From NCBI GenBank assembly GCA_963695545.1, contig OY968796.1:3648001-3712000 (forward strand): a stretch of DNA of 64,000 nt, read 5' to 3'. Below the pieces are notes generated by a model that ran no database searches, was not told the DNA's origin, and saw nothing but the letters and a program-made list of their open reading frames with translations. This document shows, in pieces, positions 20,314 to 31,201 of this stretch. The DNA is from Terriglobia bacterium (GTDB lineage Bacteria; Acidobacteriota; Terriglobia; Acidiferrales; UBA7541). The first letter of the stretch is position 1; the number at the start of each line of letters is the position of its first letter. A program made the translations under genes and the position numbers.

Positions 20314-21408
20314 TTGCTTACTGAAAGGATTTCGGGACCGATGGAGTTGGAAGGCGCTCTACTCGAAGTGCATCGCGCGGAAGGCGCGACGCTCGGAACG
20401 TTTTTTGGCTGCACGCTGCCGGCGCGATTTGGTTCGGTGGAAGCGGAATACCGCGCGGCGCGTGAAACCGCCGCGCTCGCGGATACGAATTACCACGCGG
20501 TGTTTCGCTTCGAGGGGCCGGATCGCGCGCGGTATTTGAACGCGGTGCTGACGAGCAATGTGCGCGACCTCGTGCCGGGGCAAGGCACGGTGGGCCTGTT
20601 GCTGAACGCGCAAGGACACATCCTGGCGGAGATCGAGACGCTGGCGCTGCCGGACGCGATTCTGGCGATTACCTACGCGAGCGTGGGCGCGGCGACATTC
20701 GCGCACCTTGAGAAATTCATCATCATGGACGACGTGGCGCTGACGGACGTGACGGCGTCGATGGGGTCGGTCGCGGTGTCTGGGCCGAACGTGGCGGATC
20801 TGGTGTTCGCGCTGACCGGCGTGAATTTGAGGGTGCTCGCGGTCCATGCGCACGTGGAGGCCACGCTGGGGACGATTCCCTGCCGGATTGTGCGGCGCGT
20901 ATTCCCCGGGGTCGAAATTTTTGTGGCGCGCGAAAAACTGACGGAGATTTGGACTTTGCTGCGCGCGTCGGTTGCGGCGCTCGGAGGGAGCAGAATCGGA
21001 TACGACGCGATCAACGTGCTGCGCCTGGAGGCTGGCGTGCCGTGGTTCGGCGTGGATTTCGACGAGAAGCAGATTCCGCATGAGGCGGCGCTCGAGGAAT
21101 CGCACATTAGTTACACGAAGGGCTGCTACACGGGGCAGGAAATTGTGGAGCGCGTGAGATCGCGCGGGCAAGTGAACCGGCGGCGCGTAGGACTGCGGTT
21201 CGATGGCGACGCGGCGCCGGAAGCGGGAACGAAGCTGCTCGCGGGCGGCGCCGAGGTCGGCAACGTAACGAGCGCGGCGTATTCTTTTGCGGCGAAGAGC
21301 GCGATCGGGATGGGTTATCTGCGGCGCGAGCACACTACGCCGGGCCGGTTGCTGCAATGGAGCGGCGGGACAGCGGAAGTGATCGAACTACCGCTGGCGA
21401 AGAAATAA
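20314..21408 (+). CDS. YgfZ/GcvT-family folate-binding protein
   Basis: KGCYTGQE signature; GcvT-like N-terminus. Start may be 20341. Confidence 0.88.
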   Translation: MLTERISGPMELEGALLEVHRAEGATLGTFFGCTLPARFGSVEAEYRAARETAALADTNYHAVFRFEGPDRARYLNAVLTSNVRDLVPGQGTVGLLLNAQGHILAEIETLALPDAILAITYASVGAATFAHLEKFIIMDDVALTDVTASMGSVAVSGPNVADLVFALTGVNLRVLAVHAHVEATLGTIPCRIVRRVFPGVEIFVAREKLTEIWTLLRASVAALGGSRIGYDAINVLRLEAGVPWFGVDFDEKQIPHEAALEESHISYTKGCYTGQEIVERVRSRGQVNRRRVGLRFDGDAAPEAGTKLLAGGAEVGNVTSAAYSFAAKSAIGMGYLRREHTTPGRLLQWSGGTAEVIELPLAKK

Positions 21409-21432
21409 CTCGGGAAAATTCCAGAGAGATAG

Positions 21433-21831
21433 TTACTTTGGGAGCGGCTGCTGCGCGGCGAGGGAATCTTTTTCGCCGACGGCTTCGGTGTGACCGCGTT
21501 CAGCGGGAGCGGCGCGATGAGCTTTTGCGAGCAAGAAAGAACGCTCCAGGAGCCGGATCGCGCGATCTACATCTTCCTCCGCACGCAGATAGAGGCTAAT
21601 CCAACCGGAACTCGGAAGGATGTGATGGGGCTCGGCTTCGCGCGCGGCGACGATTTCGTCACGCACGCGCTTGGGAAACGGAATGTCCACGAGGCTATCG
21701 CCGTGGATGTGGCCGATTTCGCGTCTGCCGAGACGAAATTCGACCCCACCGAACCGATGCGGCGCCATTTGGACGCCGTCCCAGCGGCTCGCGGCTGCGC
21801 AGATCCGGCGATTGGCTCCTGAGACTGGAAT
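21433..21831 (-). CDS. DUF5519/luciferase-like family protein; probable ATT start
   Basis: PHRFGGVEF..REIGHIHG..VDIPF..HHILP.SGW. The frame extends past ATG 21768 to ATT 21831, which has GAGGAG 6 nt upstream. Confidence 0.7.
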   Translation of the reverse strand: MPVSGANRRICAAASRWDGVQMAPHRFGGVEFRLGRREIGHIHGDSLVDIPFPKRVRDEIVAAREAEPHHILPSSGWISLYLRAEEDVDRAIRLLERSFLLAKAHRAAPAERGHTEAVGEKDSLAAQQPLPK

Positions 21832-21920
21832 GCGATGCTCCTCGTCAGCGGAAATCCTGCTCTAGCGATTATAGGCCCGCGAGTGGAGTCCGGTTGCGCT
21901 GAAATAGATACGGAAGAAAT

Positions 21921-22460
<540 letters not shown>

Positions 22461-22572
22461 GATTCCTTTTGCCTGACTCAATTCTCTCACACTGGACGAA
22501 CGGCGACAATCGCGGCTCGTGGGTTAGGAGTCGGGCACGGCGGCTGCGTGCGGCGTTGAGGCGGCGCGCGCG

Positions 22573-23421
22573 GTGTGGCAAATTCCTTCTGTGATTCTCG
22601 CCGCTGCGCTCCTGCTGGGACTCGTGATCGGCAGCTTTTTGAATGTTTGCATCGTGCGGATTCCGCATGGCGAATCGATCGTGCGGCCGGCGTCGCATTG
22701 CACGGGCTGCGGACGCGCGATTCGTCCTTATGACAATATTCCTGTGGTGAGCTGGCTTGTGCTGCGCGGGCGCTGCCGCACGTGCAAGAAGCCCATCTCA
22801 TGGATGTATCCGGTGGTGGAGGCCGCGACGGGGCTTCTGTTTCTTGCGTGCGCGGCGGCGTTTGGTCCGACGATCGCGGGCGCGAAGTGGGCGCTGCTTT
22901 CGGCGCTGATCGTGGTGCTGGTGGGCACCGACATTCGCGAGCGCATCCTGCCCGACAAAGTGAATTTCACGGGCCTCGCGCTGGGACTGGTGATCAGCGG
23001 ATTTCTGCCGCCGGTGGACAGCGTGGCCGCGTGGCTTTCGGGCAAGATGTTCGATTTTCCGCCGCCGGTGCCGGTTTTGTCGGTGGCCGATTCCCTGCTG
23101 GGCGTACTTGTGGGGGGCGGGTTGCTGTGGATCGTGGCGGAAGGATATTTTCGATTGCGCGGGCGCGAAGGAATGGGGCTGGGCGACGTGAAGATGATGG
23201 CCATGGTGGGAGCGTTCGAGGGGCTAGAAGGCGCGCTGCTGGCGATCCTGATCGGATCGCTGCTCGGCAGCATCATCGGCGTAGTCTTCATCAAGCTTGC
23301 CGGCAAAGATTCCGATTACGAGTTGCCGTTCGGGGCGTTCCTCGGAGCGGGATCGCTGATCGTAGTCTTTTTCGGCACGCGCATGCTCGAGTGGTATCAA
23401 ACCGTTGCAGGGGTGCGGTAA
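22573..23421 (+). CDS. pilD: Type IV prepilin peptidase
   Basis: GSFLNV, two CxxC motifs, GMGLGDVK, PFG.FL. Confidence 0.92.
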   Translation: MWQIPSVILAAALLLGLVIGSFLNVCIVRIPHGESIVRPASHCTGCGRAIRPYDNIPVVSWLVLRGRCRTCKKPISWMYPVVEAATGLLFLACAAAFGPTIAGAKWALLSALIVVLVGTDIRERILPDKVNFTGLALGLVISGFLPPVDSVAAWLSGKMFDFPPPVPVLSVADSLLGVLVGGGLLWIVAEGYFRLRGREGMGLGDVKMMAMVGAFEGLEGALLAILIGSLLGSIIGVVFIKLAGKDSDYELPFGAFLGAGSLIVVFFGTRMLEWYQTVAGVR

Positions 23422-23461
23422 GTTAGTTCCGTAAGTTCGTGCAATAAGTCAGTGTGGCAGA

Positions 23462-24859
23462 TTGTATCGAGGCGCAATGTTTTCGCCGGCTACCAATCCG
23501 AACATGATGCCGATGTGGATTTTCACGACAGCGCTGCTCGTCGTGGTGGTCGTGGGGTTCGTCTATCTCTTCTCGGTCGTGGTGCGGCGCCGCGTGTCTG
23601 GAACGCAAACTCGTGACGACGTGCTCGGCGATCGTCCGCGCAGCGAGAATCCGACGGCGTTCATGGCCGCTTCGCTGCAGGCCGTGATCAAGAAATTGCG
23701 CGAGCAGGAAAAAGAACTGGCGCAACTGAATCGCAGCGAACGCGAGCGCGCGCAGCAAACCGAAAAGTTGAGCGAAGCCGTCACGCGCAACATGCCGGCT
23801 GGAATGCTGCTGGTGAGCGCCGCGGGCCTGGTGACCAGCGCGAATCCGGCGGCCGAGAACGCTCTCGGCGTGCACGGCCTCGCGTATCGCCGCTACACCG
23901 AGCTATTCGGCGCGGATTCGCGGCTCGCGCACCTGATCGGCACTTGCCTCGAAGACGGCCGCACCTACCGGCGCGAAAAAGTGGAATACGCGACTCCGGG
24001 GAACGAGCAGCGCCAACTGGGCGTCTCCATCTCGCCGATTCTGCGCGGACCGAATCAGGTGACCGGCGCGATCTGCCTGTTTTCGGATTTGACCGAGCTG
24101 ACCGCGCTGCAGAAGCAGATGCAGATGAAGGAAAATCTCGCGGCGCTTGGCGAGCTTTCAGCCGGCCTGGCGCACGAATTCAAAAACGCCCTGGCCACGA
24201 TTTCCGGCTACGCGCAAATGATTCGCATGGAAACGCGCGACGGCGAACTTGGCGAATATTCGCAAAAGATATTGGACCAGACGCGCGCGCTCACGCACGT
24301 GGTCACTGAATTTCTGAAATTTGCGAAGCCGCTCGATCTGGCGTACGAGCCTGTGTCGCTCGGGCCGGTAGTGGGGCGCGTGCTGGCGGAGGTCGGCGCG
24401 GCGCTGCCTTCCTATGCGGCGCTTTCGGCGGAGGGCGAATTCGGCGAAGTGCCCGGCGACGAGCCGCTGATCCGCCAGGCGCTGCTGAACCTGGTGCGCA
24501 ACGCCGCCGAAGCCGCCGGAGCGCGCGCGGCGGCCGATGAAGACATTTTCCCGCGCGTGGTGGTCCAGGGCTCGATCGAGCATAGTGGAGGACAAACCGG
24601 CCAGCGGATATGCGTTACGGACAACGGCGCCGGAATTGCCGAGCCCGATCTGCCGAAGCTCTTCGTTCCCTTCTACACCACGAAAACCGAGGGCACCGGC
24701 CTTGGACTGGCCGTGGTGCAGAAGATCATCGTGCAGCACGGCGGTACGATCGAGGCCCGAAACCGCCCCGAGGGCGGGGCCGAGTTTATCCTTTGGCTAC
24801 CTTTCGCCCGCCTGTCCTTCGGGGAGATTGATTCCGCCGCCGCGCGCGTCCTAGACTAG
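23462..24859 (+). CDS. PAS-domain sensor histidine kinase (NtrB/PilS-like)
   Basis: N-terminal TM, PAS, LAHEFKN, NLVRNA, DNGAG, PFYTTK..GTGLGL. Confidence 0.92.
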   Translation: MYRGAMFSPATNPNMMPMWIFTTALLVVVVVGFVYLFSVVVRRRVSGTQTRDDVLGDRPRSENPTAFMAASLQAVIKKLREQEKELAQLNRSERERAQQTEKLSEAVTRNMPAGMLLVSAAGLVTSANPAAENALGVHGLAYRRYTELFGADSRLAHLIGTCLEDGRTYRREKVEYATPGNEQRQLGVSISPILRGPNQVTGAICLFSDLTELTALQKQMQMKENLAALGELSAGLAHEFKNALATISGYAQMIRMETRDGELGEYSQKILDQTRALTHVVTEFLKFAKPLDLAYEPVSLGPVVGRVLAEVGAALPSYAALSAEGEFGEVPGDEPLIRQALLNLVRNAAEAAGARAAADEDIFPRVVVQGSIEHSGGQTGQRICVTDNGAGIAEPDLPKLFVPFYTTKTEGTGLGLAVVQKIIVQHGGTIEARNRPEGGAEFILWLPFARLSFGEIDSAAARVLD

Positions 24860-24925
24860 TACCAGTGTGCGAACGGCACTAGCTGGCCGGAGCGCTCGTT
24901 TGCCCGGGAAGGCGGTCCTTAGGCC

Positions 24926-25684
24926 ATGATCAAACGTCCAATTATCCTTTTCTGCGCGGCCCTAACCGTATTCGGAGGCGCGCGTTTGGCCGTGGCGCAG
25001 GATTCCTCTTCATCTTCGACCGATACCCTGGCCGAAGCGGCGCGCAAAGCGCAGGCGGAAAAGAAGACCGAACCCAAACCCACTAAGGTCTACACCGACG
25101 ACAATATCGGCGCGGTGCAAGGCGACATCAGCGTGGTCGGCCAGGGGGCCGATACAACCGGCGCGTCGAAAGGCGATCAGAGCGCCTCGAAGGACAAGGA
25201 TTCGGGCGAGAAGAAGGACGAGGCCTACTATCGCAAGAAGTTCTCCGACCTGCGCGCCAAGCTCGCGGACGATCAGAAGAAACTCGACGATCTTCAAAAA
25301 GATTTCGGTGTGAAGCAGCAGCAATATTACGCCGATCCGAATACCGCGATGAAGGAAGGCTACACGCGCAAGGATCTGGACGACACGCAAGCCGAGATCG
25401 ATAAGAAGAAGCAGGACGTCGCCGACGACCAGCAAGCCATCAGCGACGCCGAAGACGATCTGCGGCGCAATGGCGGCGATCCCGGTTGGGAGCGCGAAGA
25501 TTCATCGCCGGCAGCGACATCCGCGGCGCCGGCTTCGTCCGAATCACAAACCACTCCGGAATCCGGAGAAGAAGTATCGCCCTCCGAGACATCCACGCCA
25601 CCGCCGGCGCCGGCACCGGAGCCATCGACCACCGCGGAGCCAGATACACCAGCGCCAGCGTCGTCGACTCCACCTTCGTTATAA
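24926..25684 (+). CDS. Secreted coiled-coil hypothetical protein with Pro/Ser-rich tail
   Basis: Signal peptide, SLAEAARK..KVYTDD motif, coiled coil. Confidence 0.75.
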   Translation: MIKRPIILFCAALTVFGGARLAVAQDSSSSSTDTLAEAARKAQAEKKTEPKPTKVYTDDNIGAVQGDISVVGQGADTTGASKGDQSASKDKDSGEKKDEAYYRKKFSDLRAKLADDQKKLDDLQKDFGVKQQQYYADPNTAMKEGYTRKDLDDTQAEIDKKKQDVADDQQAISDAEDDLRRNGGDPGWEREDSSPAATSAAPASSESQTTPESGEEVSPSETSTPPPAPAPEPSTTAEPDTPAPASSTPPSL

Positions 25685-25781
25685 CCGGCACGATCGCTTG
25701 GCTACACACCTGCTGGCAGGCAACGCACACGATCGCGTTACCTCGGACGTTCGCTCCGGGATTCGTGATAAAAAGAGTGCG

Positions 25782-27170
25782 ATGGAACCGATCCTTCTCG
25801 TCGAAGACAAACCCGAGTTGCGCGCCATGCTGCGCAAAGCGCTCGAGCGCGCCGGATATGAAGTCGACGATGCCGCCGACGGTTCGAGCGCCGTGCAGAA
25901 AATCCGCGCGCGCCGCTATCTGGTGATTCTGACCGACCTCAAGCTTCCGGGAAAATCCGGACTCGACGTGCTGCGCGAATCGAAGCAAGCCGACCCGACC
26001 GTGCCCGTGATGCTGATCACTGCATTCGGCTCGATCGAAGAAGCCGTGACGGCGATGAAAGAGGGCGCGTTCGATTTCATCCAGAAGCCGGTGGATCTGG
26101 AACATCTGAAGCTGCTGGTGGAACGCGCGGCGCGGCAGCAGGAAATGCTGCGCGAAAATTTATTGCTGCGCGAGGAATACGCCGCGCGCTACGGGTTTCC
26201 GCGCATCGTCGGCGAATCCGCCGCCATGCGCGACGCCACGCAACAGGCGCAGCGCGTGGCCGCCACCGACTCCACGGTGCTGCTGCTGGGAAATAGCGGC
26301 ACGGGCAAGGAGCTTTTCGCGCGGGCCATCCATCACCTTTCGGCGCGCCGCGACCTTCCCTTCGTGGCGCTGAATTGCGCGGCGATTCCCGAAGGTCTGG
26401 TGGAAAACGAACTTTTCGGACACGAACGCGGCGCTTACACCGGAGCGGGCGCGCGCAAAATCGGCAAAATGGAGATGGCGCACCGCGGCACAATTTTTCT
26501 GGATGAAATCGCCGAACTGCCGATGGCCACGCAATCGAAGTTGTTGCGCGTGCTCGAAGAAAAACAGTTCGACCGCGTGGGCGGAACGCAGGCCATCGAC
26601 GTTGACGTGCGCATTCTGGCCGCGACCAACAAGGACCTGCGCGGCGCCATCGCGGACAAAACCTTTCGCGAAGATCTTTATTTCCGCATCGCCGCTGTGC
26701 CCATCACGATTCCGCCGCTCGCGGAACGCGGCGACGACGTGCTTTTGCTCGCCGACCATTTCCTGGACCGCTTCCGGCGCGAATTTAAGAAACCCGGCCT
26801 GGCGCTCTCGGAACAAGCGCGCGCGGCGCTCGCGGCCTACGCCTGGCCCGGCAACGTGCGCGAACTGCAAAACACCATCGAGCGCGCCGCGATTCTCTCC
26901 GACACGGATTTGATCGGGCCGAGCGCCTTGCAATTGCCCGTGGCGCGGCCAGCCTCGGGCGAAATTCCCGGCGCGATGCTCGACGAAAATTTCGATTGGG
27001 GCGGCCCGCTCGATGAAGTGGCGTCGCGCGCCGTGGCGCATGTGGAACGATTCAAGATCGAAGCCGCGCTGCGCTCGACGAAATGGAACAAATCGCGCGC
27101 CGCGGAACAATTGGGCGTTTCGTACAAGACGCTCCTTAATAAGATCCGCTCGCTGGGCCTCGAGAACTAG
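25782..27170 (+). CDS. Sigma54-dependent response regulator (NtrC/AtoC family)
   Basis: REC domain, SGTGKE, GAYTGA, WPGNVREL, Fis HTH. Start placed at MEPILL. Confidence 0.95.
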   Translation: MEPILLVEDKPELRAMLRKALERAGYEVDDAADGSSAVQKIRARRYLVILTDLKLPGKSGLDVLRESKQADPTVPVMLITAFGSIEEAVTAMKEGAFDFIQKPVDLEHLKLLVERAARQQEMLRENLLLREEYAARYGFPRIVGESAAMRDATQQAQRVAATDSTVLLLGNSGTGKELFARAIHHLSARRDLPFVALNCAAIPEGLVENELFGHERGAYTGAGARKIGKMEMAHRGTIFLDEIAELPMATQSKLLRVLEEKQFDRVGGTQAIDVDVRILAATNKDLRGAIADKTFREDLYFRIAAVPITIPPLAERGDDVLLLADHFLDRFRREFKKPGLALSEQARAALAAYAWPGNVRELQNTIERAAILSDTDLIGPSALQLPVARPASGEIPGAMLDENFDWGGPLDEVASRAVAHVERFKIEAALRSTKWNKSRAAEQLGVSYKTLLNKIRSLGLEN

Positions 27171-27255
27171 CGTTCACGGCCGGCGCCGCCCGCACCGCTT
27201 TCCACTTTCCGGGAACCAACGCTCTGGAGTTAAATGGAAGGAACCGTCGCGCGAA

Positions 27256-27669
27256 CTAGTGTCCGCCGGACGCGGCTTCGCGGGCCTTGCGCTCTTCGTC
27301 CACGCGCTTCATGAAGTCGTCGAATTTCGGCTGCTGATCGGGAGTCAGCAGCTGACGAATTTGCGCGCGCCCGTCCTGCCGCGCCTGATCGTATTCCGGC
27401 GCGACGGTCTGATGGATCGCCTCGTAGCGCGCCTGCACGCTGGTCAAAATGCCGTCGATTTGCTTCTGCTGAGCGTCCGTCAAATCGAGCTCACGATCCA
27501 AACGGTCGATATACTGCGCGCGCTGAGCGGCCGGACTGTGATCGTCGCCGCTGCGAGCGAACACGCGCGTCGTCACCACGTAAGTTCCCAGCATGCCCAA
27601 AGCCAGGCCCAGCGCAAACACCACCAGCAACCACGCGATCGCTTTTCGATTGGCCTGTTTAATATCCAT
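27256..27669 (-). CDS. Spy/CpxP-like helical envelope protein
   Basis: TM anchor; LDLTDAQ and LTPDQ motifs. Confidence 0.7.
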   Translation of the reverse strand: MDIKQANRKAIAWLLVVFALGLALGMLGTYVVTTRVFARSGDDHSPAAQRAQYIDRLDRELDLTDAQQKQIDGILTSVQARYEAIHQTVAPEYDQARQDGRAQIRQLLTPDQQPKFDDFMKRVDEERKAREAASGGH

Positions 27670-28168
27670 CGTGCGCCCCGGAAAGCGAGGCCAGAACCTC
27701 GTTCTTGTCCGTTGGCTGCGAAGGCGGCTGCGGGAATTCGCCCGTCGCTTCGACGCGCGCGCGCTGCTGCCCGGTGATCTGACGCGGCGTGGATTTGTAG
27801 ACGTACAGCGAAAGCAGCAGCAACACCATGCCCGCGCCCAGCGCCAATCGCGAGGCCAGCAATTGCACGGGAACCCATACGGCGCCCGCCGTGCTGCGAA
27901 CTTCCTGCTCGTTGCGGATGCGTGCCATCACGCGCGCGACGAAAATGCCGTTCGCTTCGGCCGGAGCCTGTTGGGTCGCGCGAAGCCAATTGCCGGCCAG
28001 CCGCGCGCGATCGAGAGCGGCCGTGCATCCCGCGCACTGGCTCAGGTGCTGCGCCAATTCAGGATCGGCCGCGCCCTCCGGCGCGTCGTCGAGCAAACCT
28101 TCAAGGCGCGCCTCATAGCGGCGGCAAGCCTCGCCCGTTGTCACCAAATCTTTCGTGTCGTCGTTCAC
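27659..28168 (-). CDS. zf-HC2 anti-sigma factor
   Basis: C...HLSQCAGC zinc motif and a TM helix; lies downstream of an ECF sigma factor. Confidence 0.8.
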   Translation of the reverse strand: MNDDTKDLVTTGEACRRYEARLEGLLDDAPEGAADPELAQHLSQCAGCTAALDRARLAGNWLRATQQAPAEANGIFVARVMARIRNEQEVRSTAGAVWVPVQLLASRLALGAGMVLLLLSLYVYKSTPRQITGQQRARVEATGEFPQPPSQPTDKNEVLASLSGAHDGY

Positions 28169-28201
28169 TGCGCCACCCTCCCCAAGAAGAACCCGCGCAT
28201 T

Positions 28202-28981
28202 TCAGCGCCCCTGCGAACCCGGCCCGGGCCGGTTGAAACCGCGCCGGCGATGCAGCTCGACCAACCGCCCGCGCGCCCGAAACAATCGCACTTTCACCGT
28301 GTTCACGTTGAGTCCCAGGACCTCGCCGATCTCCTCCACGGAAAAACCTTCCACTTCCTTCATCACCAGCATCAGCCTGTCCTTCTCGTCCAACTGCCCG
28401 AGCAGGCGCTCGACCAACTGACGATGCTCAACTTGCCGCTCGGCATCTTCGCGCGGCCGGCCCGTACTTCCCGCGGCGTCCGTCGAGCTTTCCACCTGGC
28501 GAACCTGCTCTTCGCTCAGATCCGACTCATAGACCAGGCGCCGGACCTTTTTCTTGCGCAGGTGATCCCAGCACTCGTTTACGGCGATCTTGTAAAGCCA
28601 TGTGCCGAACGCCGAACGTTGATCGAATCGCCGCAGTGAAAAATAGGCCTTAGCCAGCGCCTGCTGCGCCACGTCTTCGGCGTCTTCCCGCCTGTGCAAT
28701 ATGCCGCTGACCACCGCCATAACCCGCGGCTGGTGGATGCGCACCAACTCCTCGTAGGCGGCCATTTCGCCCGCCTGCGCCCGCCGGACCAACTGGCGCT
28801 CGGCCTCTCCGGATCGCCGCGTGCGCTCGGCCCTCTCGCGCGCCGCAGCGGTCGCGGCGGCGGCCGCGCCTCGGTCCGCGCCCAAACCGGTCCCGCGGGC
28901 GTCCCCTTGACCATTTCCCCGATCGATATCGGGTGGGACCTCCGCCGTCTTTTCCGGCTCTGTCTTTGGGACGTGTCCCAT
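28202..28981 (-). CDS. ECF RNA polymerase sigma factor
   Basis: DAEDVAQ, FGTWLYKIAVN, GFSVEEI..TVKVRLFRAR. True start may be downstream. Confidence 0.92.
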   Translation of the reverse strand: MGHVPKTEPEKTAEVPPDIDRGNGQGDARGTGLGADRGAAAAATAAARERAERTRRSGEAERQLVRRAQAGEMAAYEELVRIHQPRVMAVVSGILHRREDAEDVAQQALAKAYFSLRRFDQRSAFGTWLYKIAVNECWDHLRKKKVRRLVYESDLSEEQVRQVESSTDAAGSTGRPREDAERQVEHRQLVERLLGQLDEKDRLMLVMKEVEGFSVEEIGEVLGLNVNTVKVRLFRARGRLVELHRRRGFNRPGPGSQGR

Positions 28982-29064
28982 GGAAATTCGGTTACACCCT
29001 TTTCTTTGCGATTGCCATCACTTTTCGCTTGCGCCGCAACATAGCCTTATGTAACAATGTACGC

Positions 29065-29436
29065 ATGATTATCGGAGACCGTCTTCGCGCGCTGCGCGAA
29101 GAAAAGAAACTTTCCCAAGGGGACATTGAAAAGCGCACGGGCCTTCTGCGTTGCTATATCTCCCGCGTTGAAAATGGCCACACCGTACCGGCCATCGAGA
29201 CGCTGGAAAAACTGGCGCGCGCGTTTGAAGTTCCCCTTTATCAATTATTCTACGACGGCGAGGAACCGCCGGAGCTGCCCAATCTCCCGAAGCGCAAGAC
29301 TGCTTCCGAGATTGCATGGGGCACTTCCGGTAAGCAAGCCCTTTTTCTGAACCGGCTCCGCAGAGTGCTCGGCACGCTCGATGAGGGCGACCGAAAACTT
29401 CTGCTGTTCATGGCTCAGAAAATGGCTGGCCGTTAG
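29065..29436 (+). CDS. XRE-family HTH transcriptional regulator
   Basis: IGDRLRALRE..LSQ..YISRVENG..P..ETL.KLA. Confidence 0.9.
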   Translation: MIIGDRLRALREEKKLSQGDIEKRTGLLRCYISRVENGHTVPAIETLEKLARAFEVPLYQLFYDGEEPPELPNLPKRKTASEIAWGTSGKQALFLNRLRRVLGTLDEGDRKLLLFMAQKMAGR

Positions 29437-29631
29437 GCCCCCGCCGGGTTTCCTGCTCTTGAGCCATCCGGCTTGAGGGCTCAACTTAACTCACCCCCAA
29501 CTTGACAGGTAGGCCTGGAGCGCCTTGCCCGCCCGAGGCGCTCCGCGAGCAGGCCGGGGATGCTTTCCCCCGGCCACTTTTTTTCGCACTGGCTCGATAC
29601 GCCGTCACGGCGTGCCGCTCACTGCACCAGT

Positions 29632-31173
29632 TCATTCCCATTCGATCGTGCTCGGCGGCTTCGAGCTGATGTCGTAAACCACGCGATTCACTCCCGCCAC
29701 TTCGTTCACAATGCGCGTGGAGATTTTTTCAAGCACGTCCGCGGGCAAGCGCGTCCAATCGGCGGTCATCGCGTCCTCGGATTGCACCACGCGCACGGCC
29801 ACCGCGAAACCGTAGCTGCGGCCGTCTCCCATCACGCCCACACTGCGCACGGGGAGCAACACGGCGAAGGCCTGCCAGGTTTTTTCGTAGAGCCCGGCGC
29901 GGCGAATTTCCTCCACCACGATCGCATCGGCTTCGCGCAAAATCGCCAGCTTTTCGCGCGACACCGCGCCCAGCAATCGCACCGCGAGGCCCGGGCCGGG
30001 GAACGGCTGCTTTTGCAGCATCTCCTGCGGCAGGCCGAGCTCGGCGCCGATGCGCCGCACCTCGTCTTTAAAAAGCTCGCGCAGCGGCTCGATCAAATCG
30101 AACGGCAGATCGGGCGGCAACCCGCCGACGTTGTGATGCGATTTGATCGTCGCTGAAGGACCGCGCACGGAAACCGATTCGATCACGTCGGGATATAACG
30201 TGCCTTGCACCAGAAATTTCACCGTGCCGCCCAGGCGGCGCGCTTCTTCGGCGAAAACTTTGATGAATTCCGCGCCGATGATCTTGCGTTTTTGTTCCGG
30301 ATCTTCCACGCCGTCGAGAAGCGCGAGAAACCGATCCGAGGCGTCGACGCCGGTAACCGAAAGGCCCAGCCGGTCGCGCAGAAGCGAAAGCGTCTCGGCG
30401 AATTCGTTTTTGCGTAAAAGGCCGGTGTCCACGAAAACGTTCGTCAGCCGATCGCCAATCGCCCGATGCACCAGCGCCGCGGCCACGGCCGAATCCACGC
30501 CCCCGCTTAAAGCGCAAAGCGCGCGCCCCGTGCCCACCTGTCGCCGAATCGATTCGACTGTATCGGCGATGAAAGCCGTGCCGCTCCATTTCGGCTCGGC
30601 GCCGCAGATCGCAAATATGAAGTTGCGCAGAATTTCGCGGCCGCCATCGGTGTGATTCACTTCGGGATGAAATTGCACGGCGTAAATGCGTCGCGCGGGA
30701 TCTTCGGCGGCCGCGACGGCATTGCCGGTTTCGCCCGTCGCGTGGAATCCAGCCGGCAGAGCGAGCACATTGTCACCGTGGCTATTCCACACGCGAAGCT
30801 CGCGCGGCAATCCAGTGAACAGCAGCGAGCCGTTGCGCAGCACTGCATGCGCCCGGCCGTATTCGCGCCGATCGCCGGGTTCCACGCGGCCGCCCAGCGT
30901 GTGCGCGATCCACTGCAGGCCGTAGCAAATTCCGAGCACAGGAACGCCAAGCGCGAGCACTTGCGGATCGCACTTGGGCGCTTCGGGATCGTAGACCGAA
31001 CTCGGGCCGCCCGAGAGCACCACGCCGGCGGGATCGAGCGCGCGAATCTGCTCGAGCGTCGCGTTGCAGGGCAGAATCGCCGAGAACACGGATTGCTCGC
31101 GGATGCGCCGCGCGATCAATTGCGTGTATTGCCCGCCGAAATCGAGCACTACGATTCCGCCGCGCTCGCTCAT
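29632..31173 (-). CDS. guaA: GMP synthase (glutamine-hydrolysing)
   Basis: [47 protein letters not shown]. Confidence 0.98.
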   Translation of the reverse strand: MSERGGIVVLDFGGQYTQLIARRIREQSVFSAILPCNATLEQIRALDPAGVVLSGGPSSVYDPEAPKCDPQVLALGVPVLGICYGLQWIAHTLGGRVEPGDRREYGRAHAVLRNGSLLFTGLPRELRVWNSHGDNVLALPAGFHATGETGNAVAAAEDPARRIYAVQFHPEVNHTDGGREILRNFIFAICGAEPKWSGTAFIADTVESIRRQVGTGRALCALSGGVDSAVAAALVHRAIGDRLTNVFVDTGLLRKNEFAETLSLLRDRLGLSVTGVDASDRFLALLDGVEDPEQKRKIIGAEFIKVFAEEARRLGGTVKFLVQGTLYPDVIESVSVRGPSATIKSHHNVGGLPPDLPFDLIEPLRELFKDEVRRIGAELGLPQEMLQKQPFPGPGLAVRLLGAVSREKLAILREADAIVVEEIRRAGLYEKTWQAFAVLLPVRSVGVMGDGRSYGFAVAVRVVQSEDAMTADWTRLPADVLEKISTRIVNEVAGVNRVVYDISSKPPSTIEWE

Positions 31174-31201
31174 GGTTTCCTCTTGCGCATGCGTTCGTGG
31201 C

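Noticed and set aside
25470..25781. N-terminal extension of the sigma54 regulator
   Set aside because: It is Arg-rich, overlaps the upstream gene, and the REC domain begins at ATG 25782.
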